From Candidatus Yanofskybacteria bacterium (GTDB lineage: Bacteria; Patescibacteriota; Minisyncoccia; 2-02-FULL-40-12; GWA2-44-9), in NCBI GenBank assembly GCA_020852375.1, contig JADZAY010000005.1, positions 19,814 to 83,813 of the forward strand: DNA of 64,000 bases, given 5' to 3'. The translations under genes and the position numbers were made by a program. Below are positions 46,272 to 55,673 of this stretch, in pieces. Below the pieces are notes generated by a model. It searched no databases and was not told the origin of the DNA. It was given only the letters and a program-made list of their open reading frames with translations. Position 1 is the first letter of the stretch; every line of letters starts with the position of its first letter.

Positions 46272-48244
46272 CCTCATTCCTTCCTTCGTGGACAACCGGA
46301 CCAGCCACTGCGGTCGACGCCGCAATCACTGATGCGCTCGCGCGGAAGCGTGCGATGCTCGACGCGATCAGTGCGGTTCCCGATGACGCTCGTACATTCC
46401 GCAACACGATCGCGGCCCTCGAGTATGCGAACGACGAGCTGAACGATACCACGCAGTGGTGCGATCTTCTTGCGAGCGTACATCCCGACGCAGATCTCCG
46501 GAAAACATACCAACGCGCCGGCGAGCGCGCCTCCGAGGAGTCGATCGAAATGGATGCAGATCCGCGTCTGTGGAGTGCGGTTTGTGCGTGGCGGCAGCGC
46601 GGCGAAGCGCTTGAGCCGGCCGATCAAAAACTCGCCGATGATACGATCCGCGCGATGCGGCGCACGGGGTTCGAGCTCCCCCCCGAAGCGTTCCAGCACT
46701 TGAAGCGGAATCGGATTGAGTTGGCGAATCTCGAGCAAGCGTTCGAGCTGGCGATCAATGACTGGGAGGATGGCATCGAGGTGGCCCATGAGCAACTTGC
46801 TGGGTTGCCCCAGCGCTACATCAATGGTCTTATGCGGACCGATGACGGACGATACCGGATCACCTTGGCGTATCCGGACCTTCTGCCGTTTATGCGCCAC
46901 GCACACGACGATGCTGTTCGCCGCGAGCTGGCTCGCAAGAACTTGCAGAAAGGCGGGAAGGAGAACCTTGAACGACTTGCGCGGATGATCGCTCTCCGAC
47001 AAGAGAATGCGCGCCTGCTCGGGTACGCATCGCATGCCGATTACCAGGCGGAGATCCGTATGGCGAAAACCGGGCGAGCCATTGATGAATTCCTGCGCGA
47101 TCTGATCGTGAAACTCAGGCCAGAAGCCCAGAAGGAGCTGCGCGATTGTATCGCCCTCAAACGGCGCGTGCTTCAACTGGAGAAGCCGGCGCCGATCCAT
47201 TTTCATGAACTTTCCTACTGGAGCGAGCGGCTGCTCCATGAGCGGCATGCGATCGACAGCGAACAGGTGAAGGAATATTTCCCGCTTTCTCGCGTCCTCG
47301 ACGGCATGCTCGGTATCTTTCAGGAATTGCTGGGACTTTCGTTCGTGAAAGTTTCCGATGCTACTCTCTGGCATTCCGATGTCGAGCTGTACGAGGTACG
47401 GCAGGGCGATGTGATACGTGGACGCTTCGCATTGGATCTGTACCCGCGGGCGGGGAAGTACGGACATGCCGCGTCATTTTCGCCGGTGCTTGGGAGGGTA
47501 AGCGAATCAGGCGAGGCGATCCCGGGCTTTTTTGCCCTGGTTTGCAACTTTGCGCGTCCGACCGCCGAACATCCATCACTGCTTACGCATGATGAGGTGG
47601 AGACGCTATTCCATGAATTCGGGCACGTTGTCCACGGAATCGTTTCCGGAGGGCGATGGCAAGCACAGAACGGGCTCTACACCGCATTTGATTTTGTGGA
47701 AGCCCCCAGCCAGATCATGGAGGAGTGGCCGTGGCATCCGGCGGTGTTGGCTCGCATCAGCGGTCATGTATCGAGCGGCGAACCGATCCCTGCCGACATG
47801 CGCGAGCGTATGCTTGCCGCACGCCACCATCTGCGCGCCATCAGCTACCTGACCCAGGCAGTGCACGCATTCTACGATCTTTCCATTCACGCACGACCGA
47901 CCGACGCGCCGGTTGATGCTCCGACGCTGGCGCAAGCCTATCGCGATATGAAGCTGGAGTATGAATCGTTCGATCTCCCGGAAGATTCTCTGTTTCCTGC
48001 CGGGTGGGGTCATATGGCGGACTACGATGCCGGGTACTACGGGTACCTGTGGAGCAAGGTGTATGCGCTCGACCTCTACAGCCGTTTTGCGAATGATCCG
48101 TTCGACGCAACGGTGGGGTCCGCGTATCGCGATCGGGTGCTCGCTCCCGGAGCTTCGATCGACGAGCGTGACGGGGTCGTCGCATTCCTTGGACGCGAAC
48201 CGTCGCATGCGGCATTTTTGGAAATGCTTGGTATACTCACCTGA
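46268..48244 (+). CDS. M3A metallopeptidase (thimet oligopeptidase/oligopeptidase A-like)
   Basis: LFHEFGH, DFVEAPSQ, YYGYLWS. Confidence 0.95.
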   Translation: MTSFLPSWTTGPATAVDAAITDALARKRAMLDAISAVPDDARTFRNTIAALEYANDELNDTTQWCDLLASVHPDADLRKTYQRAGERASEESIEMDADPRLWSAVCAWRQRGEALEPADQKLADDTIRAMRRTGFELPPEAFQHLKRNRIELANLEQAFELAINDWEDGIEVAHEQLAGLPQRYINGLMRTDDGRYRITLAYPDLLPFMRHAHDDAVRRELARKNLQKGGKENLERLARMIALRQENARLLGYASHADYQAEIRMAKTGRAIDEFLRDLIVKLRPEAQKELRDCIALKRRVLQLEKPAPIHFHELSYWSERLLHERHAIDSEQVKEYFPLSRVLDGMLGIFQELLGLSFVKVSDATLWHSDVELYEVRQGDVIRGRFALDLYPRAGKYGHAASFSPVLGRVSESGEAIPGFFALVCNFARPTAEHPSLLTHDEVETLFHEFGHVVHGIVSGGRWQAQNGLYTAFDFVEAPSQIMEEWPWHPAVLARISGHVSSGEPIPADMRERMLAARHHLRAISYLTQAVHAFYDLSIHARPTDAPVDAPTLAQAYRDMKLEYESFDLPEDSLFPAGWGHMADYDAGYYGYLWSKVYALDLYSRFANDPFDATVGSAYRDRVLAPGASIDERDGVVAFLGREPSHAAFLEMLGILT

Positions 48245-48249
48245 TCACT

Positions 48250-49101
48250 ATGTATCTCGTCGGCAACGCACCATTTCCCGATTTCGAACTCATCGACTCC
48301 GGCGAAGGCTATCGCCTGGAGCGGTGGGGCACCTATACGCTCGCGCGCCCCGATCCCCAGACGATCTGGAAGCGGAGTGCGGATGAAGCCGAGTGGCAAC
48401 GGGCGAACGCCATCTTTCGCGGCGACCAGTGGGAGATGCGCGGCGAAATGCCAGAACACTGGGATATGTCATTTGGCGACATGAAGCTGCGCGTCCGCCC
48501 GATGAACTTCAAGCATACGGGCGTATTCCCGGAGCAAGCGGAAAACTGGAAATGGATGGAAGCACGACTCAGCGGGCTCACGCGGCCGAATGTGATGAAC
48601 CTGTTCGCTTATACCGGCGCCGCGAGCGTATGGCTGACGCGCCGCGGTGCGTTCGTGACTCATGTCGACGCTTCACGCCCCGCGATCGGGTGGGCGAAAG
48701 ATAATCAGGAGCTCAACGGCCTCGCACCGGATTCGATTCGGTGGATGCTCGAAGACGCCGCGGTATTTGCTAAGAAGGAGGCGAAGCGGGGAGCTCAGTA
48801 CGAGGGAATCGTGATGGACCCGCCCGCGTTCGGTCACGGCCCCACCGGGAAGGTGTGGAAGTTCAATGAGCATATGCCCGCCCTCATTCGCGACTGCGTC
48901 GCGCTCCTTTCGCCAGACGCTCGGTTCCTGCTCATCAATGCCTACGCGACGAACACCTCCGAGCTTGCACTCAAGAACCTTCTCGAAGACGCCATCGGCG
49001 ACCGCGGCGGAACCATCGAGGCGGGGCAGCTGTGTCTTCAGCAGCGCAACGGACGACTCCTCTCAACGGGCATCTTTGCCCGGTGGTCACGCTCGGAGTA
49101 G
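48250..49101 (+). CDS. Class I SAM-dependent methyltransferase (RlmI/YwbD-like)
   Basis: FKHTGVFPEQ, NLFAYTG, DPPAFG. Confidence 0.9.
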   Translation: MYLVGNAPFPDFELIDSGEGYRLERWGTYTLARPDPQTIWKRSADEAEWQRANAIFRGDQWEMRGEMPEHWDMSFGDMKLRVRPMNFKHTGVFPEQAENWKWMEARLSGLTRPNVMNLFAYTGAASVWLTRRGAFVTHVDASRPAIGWAKDNQELNGLAPDSIRWMLEDAAVFAKKEAKRGAQYEGIVMDPPAFGHGPTGKVWKFNEHMPALIRDCVALLSPDARFLLINAYATNTSELALKNLLEDAIGDRGGTIEAGQLCLQQRNGRLLSTGIFARWSRSE

Positions 49102-49284
49102 CCTGGACGAAAGGCTATTCATATTGTATTGTATCCCCACGCCCGCACACTGTGTGCGGAAGCGTGTGTGCCCTAATCCGGCATGCGTTGTTTGAAAACC
49201 CCTGGCAGCCGTCGGGAGCATCTACTCGGCCGCTGTCACCCGCTTCGCTCGTGTCGCACGGACGGAGCCGGAAAGGAAATTGCG

Positions 49285-50157
49285 ATGATTGGCTTTGGTG
49301 GTACCGTCGGACCTAGCCCTAAAGACGTCAAACCGATTCGTCTCCACTGGGCAGTCATACTCATGGCGTCCGTCTGCGGTGGACTCCTCTTTGCAGTCCA
49401 CAAGAGTGCGCTAAACGACAACGAGAAGTTCTTCCTGGGATTGCTCGGGGGTGCTGCTCTTGTGTTCTGCATCCTTGTGCTCGGCGGCCCAAAGAAGCTC
49501 TTCATGGACTGGTTCGATCGCAACTTCTGGGGCTACTACTGGGTGTTGCGGAGAACGGGGCAGAACGCGCTGACGGGTGAGTTCGTAAACGACCGTCACC
49601 TGAATCTGTTCACGCGTGATGAGTGGACACTCCACATTCCCGTTGGCGGCTGGTTCAACCGCCCGTTCTTCCGCCATGACGGGAGTAGTTCTTCCTCCTC
49701 CTTTCGTATCACCCGTGTTCGCTGGGATTCCGTGGGACAGGTGGAGAGCATCACGGTGCAGGATCGCATGGGTAATCGCTTGACCCATCATCCTGCTTGG
49801 TTTCTCGAGCGGCTTTCCGGGCTTCTTCGCACCGATTTTTCCATCGGCACCTACGATTCGGTGAGCCGGCTCGCGATGGTGGACGCGAACCGCTTGATGA
49901 GTGAAAAGAGGGCGGTTGCGGAAGAGCTCGATGCGGTGAAGGCGAAGTGGAAGTGCGTGAGCGACGTGGTCTGCGCCCAGATCCGTGTCATGGAGGGATG
50001 GCTACATGTCATCGACTCGGGTACGCGACTCCGCACGACACGGGAGGGCAGTAAGATGCGACACCTCATCGGTTATGAGGTGTCGTTCATCAAGCACTCC
50101 ACCGCGCAGGCGCTCCATCCCGAGAGTCTGACGAAGCACGAGAATTCTGCTGCCTGA
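49285..50157 (+). CDS. Hypothetical 2-TM membrane protein
   Basis: SD AAAGGA; long leader; terminator at 50164-50194. Confidence 0.65.
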   Translation: MIGFGGTVGPSPKDVKPIRLHWAVILMASVCGGLLFAVHKSALNDNEKFFLGLLGGAALVFCILVLGGPKKLFMDWFDRNFWGYYWVLRRTGQNALTGEFVNDRHLNLFTRDEWTLHIPVGGWFNRPFFRHDGSSSSSSFRITRVRWDSVGQVESITVQDRMGNRLTHHPAWFLERLSGLLRTDFSIGTYDSVSRLAMVDANRLMSEKRAVAEELDAVKAKWKCVSDVVCAQIRVMEGWLHVIDSGTRLRTTREGSKMRHLIGYEVSFIKHSTAQALHPESLTKHENSAA

Positions 50158-50207
50158 CCATCACCCCCGCCTTGCAAAGGGCGGGGGTCTTTTTATACTG
50201 AGGGGGT

Positions 50208-50330
50208 ATGAAGAAATCGTTCCTCATCCTGCTCGGGATCGCGATCGCGCTTGCGCTCGCATTTGTCTACTCTCGCCCCGCGGCGCATGCGCCGACCGGC
50301 GAGTCGCCGACTCCCACGGCGGCGCGCTAG
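50208..50330 (+). CDS. 40-aa single-TM peptide (not in ORF track)
   Basis: MKKSFLILLGIAIALALAFVYSRPAAHAPT...; TATACT upstream; ends 4 nt before pyrD. Confidence 0.6.
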   Translation: MKKSFLILLGIAIALALAFVYSRPAAHAPTGESPTPTAAR

Positions 50331-50334
50331 CGGT

Positions 50335-51459
50335 ATGCGCGATCCCTTTTCCACGCGCCTGATCGAGGCGTTCTACCGGCGTGCGGCAAAGCCGCTGCTG
50401 TTCCGAGCAGATCCTGAACGGGTGCACGACCGTTTTACGGCGATCGGGAGGGTGCTTGCTTCCATAGAGCTGACGCGGCGTGCGACGCGGGCGCTCTTCC
50501 GTTTCGATGATCCGGTGCTCGAGACCGTCGTTGCCGGCATCCGCTTTGCAAATCCCGTCGGGCTCGCCGCGGGATTCGATAAGAACGCCCAGCTGTGGAA
50601 TATTCTCCCGGATGTCGGATTCGGGTTCGCCGAGTTCGGGAGTATTACCGGAAGGCCGTGTGCGGGAAATCCGAAACCACGGTTGTGGCGTATGCCCGAG
50701 CACGAAGCATTGCAGGTGTACTACGGCCTCAAGAACGACGGCGCAGCAGTGATCGCCGCGCGGCTTCATGGAGTACATCCCCGCATGCCGATCGGTGTGA
50801 GCGCCGCAAAAACGAACAGTCCGGAGACTGCGGAGCCGGATGCGGCGATTGCCGACTATCGCGCAGTGCTCGACGCGTTTCGGGATATCGCTGACTACTA
50901 CACTGTGAACATTAGTTGTCCGAATGCGTACGGCGGTCAGCCGTTCACCGATCCGGCGTTATTGGATCGGCTCATGTCAGCTGTTGATACGGGGTCGTAT
51001 CTGCAGCCGATCTTTGTAAAGCTCTCGCCCGATCTCGATGATGCTCAGCAGGATGCCATTCTCGAAGTGCTCGACGGGCACCGGGTGCACGGAATCGTGT
51101 GCACGAACCTCACGAAGGATCCCCGCAGTGCCGGAATCGCGCCCGAACGGGTTCCCGGGCGGGGAGGAATCTCTGGACGAGCGGTGCAGGCGGCGTCCGA
51201 GCACCAGCTCTCACGGATATGGCAGCGCACGCACGGGAAGTATGTGCTTGTCGGCGTTGGCGGCGTGTTTACCGCCGAAGATGCGTACCGAAAGATCCGT
51301 CTGGGCGCATCGCTGGTTCAGCTTATTACGGGTATGGTCTATCGCGGTCCACAGGTGATCGGGCAGATCAACCGGGGACTCGCAGCGCTTCTCCGTCGGG
51401 ACGGGTTTTCGAGCATTACCGAGGCAGTGGGGGTGGGGGTAGGAGAGAAGGGGAGTTGA
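50335..51459 (+). CDS. pyrD: Quinone-dependent dihydroorotate dehydrogenase (class 2)
   Basis: DPERVH, NPVGLAAGFDKN, GNPKPRL, NISCPN, VKLSPD, GVGGV. Confidence 0.95.
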   Translation: MRDPFSTRLIEAFYRRAAKPLLFRADPERVHDRFTAIGRVLASIELTRRATRALFRFDDPVLETVVAGIRFANPVGLAAGFDKNAQLWNILPDVGFGFAEFGSITGRPCAGNPKPRLWRMPEHEALQVYYGLKNDGAAVIAARLHGVHPRMPIGVSAAKTNSPETAEPDAAIADYRAVLDAFRDIADYYTVNISCPNAYGGQPFTDPALLDRLMSAVDTGSYLQPIFVKLSPDLDDAQQDAILEVLDGHRVHGIVCTNLTKDPRSAGIAPERVPGRGGISGRAVQAASEHQLSRIWQRTHGKYVLVGVGGVFTAEDAYRKIRLGASLVQLITGMVYRGPQVIGQINRGLAALLRRDGFSSITEAVGVGVGEKGS

Positions 51460-51573
51460 GCGGGTATCGCCCTCATGTCGGAGCGAGTCCGTCGACTCAC
51501 TCCGCACTCGGGACCCCGCCTCCGGGCGACGCCTGCAGGCGTCGCTTCCGTCCGGCGGATCGATGCCCGCTCA
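51450..51573 (-). repeat. tRNA-His-linked structured element
   Basis: Diverged 3'-end copy at 51450-51469 (AGCGGGTATCG identical); inverted GGATCGATGCCCGCT at 51557-51571; terminator at 51584-51622. Confidence 0.75.
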
Positions 51574-51625
51574 TGACCTCACGATACAGAAGCGCCCCCA
51601 GCAGGTGGGGGCGCTTCTGTATATG

Positions 51626-51697
51626 GGGACCTAGCGGGTATCGATCCCGCGACCGCGCTTCCACAGAGCGCTGTGATACCATTTCACCATAGGTCCC
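51626..51697 (-). tRNA. tRNA-His(GTG)
   Basis: G-1:C73; GGACCTA/TAGGTCC; GCGCT-CTGTGGA-AGCGC; atypical T-loop ATCGATA. Confidence 0.9.
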
Positions 51698-51762
51698 ATA
51701 TCAACGAGGCAGCTTGCAGGACGGGAGGAATTATACCAGAATTCCTGTGTTCACGCAATTTT

Positions 51763-52344
51763 ATGCTGCTCACGACGATCATGCTATCCTGGGCTGCTGC
51801 TGTGCTTTCGCAGTTTGAAGGGCACACCTGGTACGACGTGGTTTCGTACGGGCTTGCTGTTCCGCTGCTCGCGCTGGTCCCCGGTGCTGCCTATCGGCGA
51901 ACAATACATCTCGCTCCCCGATGGAGGGAGATCATGGATCGCCTCGCATTTGCGCTCCTGGTGATCACCGCGCCCGCGACCGTGAAGCTGCATGCGATGG
52001 GATTTCAGTATGACCGCTTCCTTCATTTTGCCGCAGCAGCGCTTTCGCTCGGAGTTGTTGTATGCGGCGTTGCGGCGTTTCGTCCGGTGATGCTCCGGCG
52101 CGGTGCCCGTGTGATCGCGCTCGCAGCGAGCATTCTGTTCGTCGGGCTGTTCGTTTGGGAGGGGCATCAGTACACCGCCGACCGTCTCTTCGGGACGCAG
52201 TTATTCCACGATGCGAACCAATCCATCGTTCGCGATTTCTGGGAGGACATCGGATTTGGTATACTTGGCATTGTCACGGGGAGTGCGATCCTGGCCCGAT
52301 ATCGGAACCGCTTCCCGGAGCTGATCCGCGTATCATCGCAATGA
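51763..52344 (+). CDS. Multi-TM hypothetical protein
   Basis: YDRFLHF, WE..QY..D, D..EDI motifs typical of VanZ/DUF2238-like membrane proteins. Confidence 0.7.
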   Translation: MLLTTIMLSWAAAVLSQFEGHTWYDVVSYGLAVPLLALVPGAAYRRTIHLAPRWREIMDRLAFALLVITAPATVKLHAMGFQYDRFLHFAAAALSLGVVVCGVAAFRPVMLRRGARVIALAASILFVGLFVWEGHQYTADRLFGTQLFHDANQSIVRDFWEDIGFGILGIVTGSAILARYRNRFPELIRVSSQ

Positions 52345-52805
52345 CTGCTAACCTTTTCAAAACAGCGCTCATCGGGGGTGTCGTGCTGGTTGCCATTATC
52401 GCGGGAGCGTGGTACTTTATCGCACCTCCCGATGCCGCTCCGATCGCTCTGAGCGGATACATTGAAGGAACGACCGGGTACCCGAGCGAGTTCAATCCGG
52501 CTCAGGTCGTGTGTGCAGAATCGACCACCGATGTCGCGCTCAAGCGGTGCGTCGAAGCGCCGGAGCAGGAAGGTGGGGTCGCTCCCGCGTTTCGCATCAA
52601 GGTCCCCGCGGGAACGTACCGCGTCTACGCGACGCTCAAGGACCCGTCCGATCTCGGGCTTTCCGAGAGCGGAAAGGCGTACTGGAGCGCGTTTGTGACA
52701 TGCGGATTCCTTGCGTCGTGTAAAGACCACACGCCGCTGGAGGTTGTTGTTCATTCGGGCGCTACCGCGTCGGGCATTCTCCCGCACGATTGGTACGTCC
52801 GCTAG
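52341..52805 (+). CDS. Membrane-anchored exported hypothetical protein
   Basis: N-terminal TM; YPSE, GTYRVYA, CG...C.DH. Confidence 0.75.
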   Translation: MTANLFKTALIGGVVLVAIIAGAWYFIAPPDAAPIALSGYIEGTTGYPSEFNPAQVVCAESTTDVALKRCVEAPEQEGGVAPAFRIKVPAGTYRVYATLKDPSDLGLSESGKAYWSAFVTCGFLASCKDHTPLEVVVHSGATASGILPHDWYVR

Positions 52806-52810
52806 TGCGT

Positions 52811-52942
52811 ATGTTCAAAGATCTCTCTGACGACGAAAAAAAATTCGTGTGGTTCTGGATGTTCGTCTTCGGATCAGCCGTCGGATTTTGGGTCGTATTC
52901 GTCCGCTGGGCGTGGCATGCGGCCCAGGCCTACTTGGCCTAA
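52811..52942 (+). CDS. 43-aa Trp/Phe-rich membrane peptide (not in ORF track)
   Basis: MFKDLSDDEKKFVWFWMFVFGSAVGFWVVFVRWAWHAAQAYLA; starts 5 nt after the previous stop. Confidence 0.55.
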   Translation: MFKDLSDDEKKFVWFWMFVFGSAVGFWVVFVRWAWHAAQAYLA

Positions 52943-52987
52943 TATTATAGAAAGACCCCCGCACATGAGTGCGGGGGGGGGGATGAC

Positions 52988-53380
52988 CTACGCTTCGGTG
53001 TAGAACGGGGTCACGGTGTGGGCGCTGCCGCTCTGTGCCTCGGTCTCCTCCTGGCACGCCAGGCAGCGGGTCGCGAGCGGGTTCGCCTTGAGACGCCTGT
53101 GGGGGATCGGCTTCCGACAGTCGAAGCAGATGCCATACATCCCCGCGGCGAGGCGCTTGAGCGCGATGTCCACCGACCGAATGAGTCGCTGGTCCGCGTC
53201 GAGCTGCCCCGCCGAGACCGTCGCAGCGACTTCGCGGTCGATATCCTCGAGCGCGTCACCGATGTTTCGGCGAGACACTTCTTCCGCGAGGCTGTCGCGA
53301 GTCGCTCGGTAGCGATGAAGCGCTTCGTCGCGAACCTTCTCGAGCTGCCGGCGGACGCTCTTCTCGTTGATGTGCGTCAT
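52988..53380 (-). CDS. TraR/DksA C4 zinc-finger protein
   Basis: YGICFDC..PI...RL.ANP....CLACQ; SD GGAGGTG; own promoter. Confidence 0.88.
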   Translation of the reverse strand: MTHINEKSVRRQLEKVRDEALHRYRATRDSLAEEVSRRNIGDALEDIDREVAATVSAGQLDADQRLIRSVDIALKRLAAGMYGICFDCRKPIPHRRLKANPLATRCLACQEETEAQSGSAHTVTPFYTEA

Positions 53381-53474
53381 GCGCACCTCCTAGAAAGATA
53401 ATATCACATATTCATATACCGGTCAATATCTCCGAATCTTCAAATTTGTCGGATATCCGATATACTTGCACCAC

Positions 53475-55235
53475 ATGACGCACCAAGAGCTTCGCGAACG
53501 ATATCTTGCTTTCTTCCGTTCCAAAGGACATGCGGGCATTCCGTCTGCCCCGGTTGTGCCGCTCAACGACCCGACGGTGCTGTTCACCACGGCCGGCATG
53601 CATCCGCTGGTTCCGTATCTGTTGGGCGAGCCGCATCCGGCGGGCACCCGCATCACCGATGTGCAGAAGTGCATCCGCACCGGTGATATCGACGAAGTCG
53701 GGGACGATACGCACCTGACCTTCTTCGAGATGCTTGGCAACTGGTCGCTGGGCGACTACTTCAAACGCGAGGCGATCTCGTGGAGTTTTGAGTTTTTAAC
53801 CTCGCCCGAATGGCTCGGTATCCCGCTCGAGCGGCTGGCGTTCACGTGCTTCGCTGGCGATGAGCATGCGCCAAAAGACGAGGAGGCGGCGGACATCTGG
53901 CGTTCGCTGGGCGTTCCGGATGCGCGCATCGCGTTCTTAGGGCGCGAGAATAACTGGTGGGGACCTGCCGGCACGACCGGGCCCTGTGGTCCTGACACTG
54001 AGATGTTCTACTGGATCGATAGTGCCGTGCCGGCGCCGGAGCGCTTTGATCCGTCCGATGCGCGGTGGGTGGAGATCTGGAACGATGTGTTCATGCAGTA
54101 CCGGAAAACGGAATCGGGCGCCTACGAAAAACTCGCAAAACCCAATGTCGATACTGGCATGGGACTGGAGCGCACTCTGACCGTCCTGAATAATAAGCGT
54201 TCGGTGTATGAGACCGAGTTATTCGTGCCGCTCCTCGCCGCGCTTCGCGAGCAAGCGACTCTCGAGCACCCGCACCGGGAGCGTTTCCTGCGCATCATCG
54301 CCGACCATATGCGCGCGGCGGCATTTATGATTGCCGACGGCGTTGAGCCGTCGAATAAGGATCGCGGTTATGTGCTTCGTCGTCTTTTGCGGCGGTCGAT
54401 GGTGTATGCGCGTCAGCTCGGCATGCATGAGCGATGGTGGCAGTCACTTTTGGATGCTTTGCGCGCTGTACTCGGGCAGGTATATCCCGAACTGGTTGCA
54501 ACCACAGATGCTGCTGATCGTGTCATTACCGCGGAGGACGAGAAATTCGGCAAAACACTGGACAAGGGCCTCCGTGAGTTCGAGAAGCTGGAGGTTGTCG
54601 ATGGCGAGGCCGCATTCAACTTGTACCAAACCTACGGGTTCCCGTGGGAGCTTACCTACGAGCTTGCCGCGGCAAAGGGGCTGCATCCCGATCGACACGC
54701 GTTCGAGCTTGCGTTCACGAAGCATAAAGACCTCTCGCGCACTGCATCGGCTGGCACGTTCAAGGGCGGCTTGGCGGACCACTCGGAGGTCGTGGTGCGT
54801 TACCACACCGCTACCCATCTCATGCATCAGGCGCTCCGCACGGTGCTTGGAGAGCACGTGCTCCAAAAAGGGAGCAACATCAACGCCGAGCGCACGCGGT
54901 TCGACTTTTCGCACCCGCAGAAGGTGACATCCGAAGAACTGCGTCGCGTAGAGGAGCTCGTAAATGGATGGATTCAGCGCGATCTGCCGGTCACGCGGGA
55001 GATGATGCCGCAGGAGAAAGCGCGAGAACTTGGCGCGCTGGGCGCGTTTGGCGAAAAGTACGGCGACATCGTGTCGGTTTATACCGTGGAAGATCCTGCG
55101 GCACACAAGGTGGTCAGCCGTGAGTTCTGCGGCGGTCCCCATGTTGAGCGCACCGGCATGATCGGACATTTTCGCATCCTCAAAGAGGAGGCGGTCTCGA
55201 CGGGCATTCGCCGCATCAAGGCGGTACTAGAGTAG
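53475..55235 (+). CDS. alaS: Alanine-tRNA ligase (short form)
   Basis: LFTTAGM, HLTFFEMLGN, DTGMGLER, HTATH, CGGPH, GIRRI. Confidence 0.97.
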   Translation: MTHQELRERYLAFFRSKGHAGIPSAPVVPLNDPTVLFTTAGMHPLVPYLLGEPHPAGTRITDVQKCIRTGDIDEVGDDTHLTFFEMLGNWSLGDYFKREAISWSFEFLTSPEWLGIPLERLAFTCFAGDEHAPKDEEAADIWRSLGVPDARIAFLGRENNWWGPAGTTGPCGPDTEMFYWIDSAVPAPERFDPSDARWVEIWNDVFMQYRKTESGAYEKLAKPNVDTGMGLERTLTVLNNKRSVYETELFVPLLAALREQATLEHPHRERFLRIIADHMRAAAFMIADGVEPSNKDRGYVLRRLLRRSMVYARQLGMHERWWQSLLDALRAVLGQVYPELVATTDAADRVITAEDEKFGKTLDKGLREFEKLEVVDGEAAFNLYQTYGFPWELTYELAAAKGLHPDRHAFELAFTKHKDLSRTASAGTFKGGLADHSEVVVRYHTATHLMHQALRTVLGEHVLQKGSNINAERTRFDFSHPQKVTSEELRRVEELVNGWIQRDLPVTREMMPQEKARELGALGAFGEKYGDIVSVYTVEDPAAHKVVSREFCGGPHVERTGMIGHFRILKEEAVSTGIRRIKAVLE

Positions 55236-55283
55236 CTTGACACGATTCTATTTTCTGGTACGGTCCTTTCGGAGGTGGGTACG

Positions 55284-55592
55284 ATGCTGAAGGTTGCTGA
55301 ATTTGCCATCGCAGCCGTTGTGATGACCGCCGGAGTGTTGCTGGGTTGGTACGGGACGATGCTGACGCTTGGTCTCACGGCCATCACGGCACTCCTTTCC
55401 GTTGCTGTGTTGGAGGTGATGCGAGGTGTCGCCGGGTCGGAGGGAGACGCGATGATGTTCGGCCCGCTGGTCGACCTCATCTCGTTCGTCTCGCTCGTGC
55501 TCACCCTGGTCGCCCTTGTCGCATGGGTGACCGCGGGACTCCGGTTCTTGTTCGTGATCTCGCGTCCGGTGGGCACATTCTTCCGGTCCTGA
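55284..55592 (+). CDS. Small 3-TM hypothetical protein
   Basis: TTGACA promoter; SD GGAGGTG; terminator. Confidence 0.6.
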   Translation: MLKVAEFAIAAVVMTAGVLLGWYGTMLTLGLTAITALLSVAVLEVMRGVAGSEGDAMMFGPLVDLISFVSLVLTLVALVAWVTAGLRFLFVISRPVGTFFRS

Positions 55593-55673
55593 CAGCTTCC
55601 GCCCCGCGCTCTGCGGGGCTTTTATTTTTGGGATTACCTCGCATCCCGCCTCACTTTCTGGTATATACAGAGC

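Noticed and set aside
52973-52982. G10 tract as a phase-variation site
   Set aside because: It is intergenic and forms one arm of a terminator hairpin between convergent genes.
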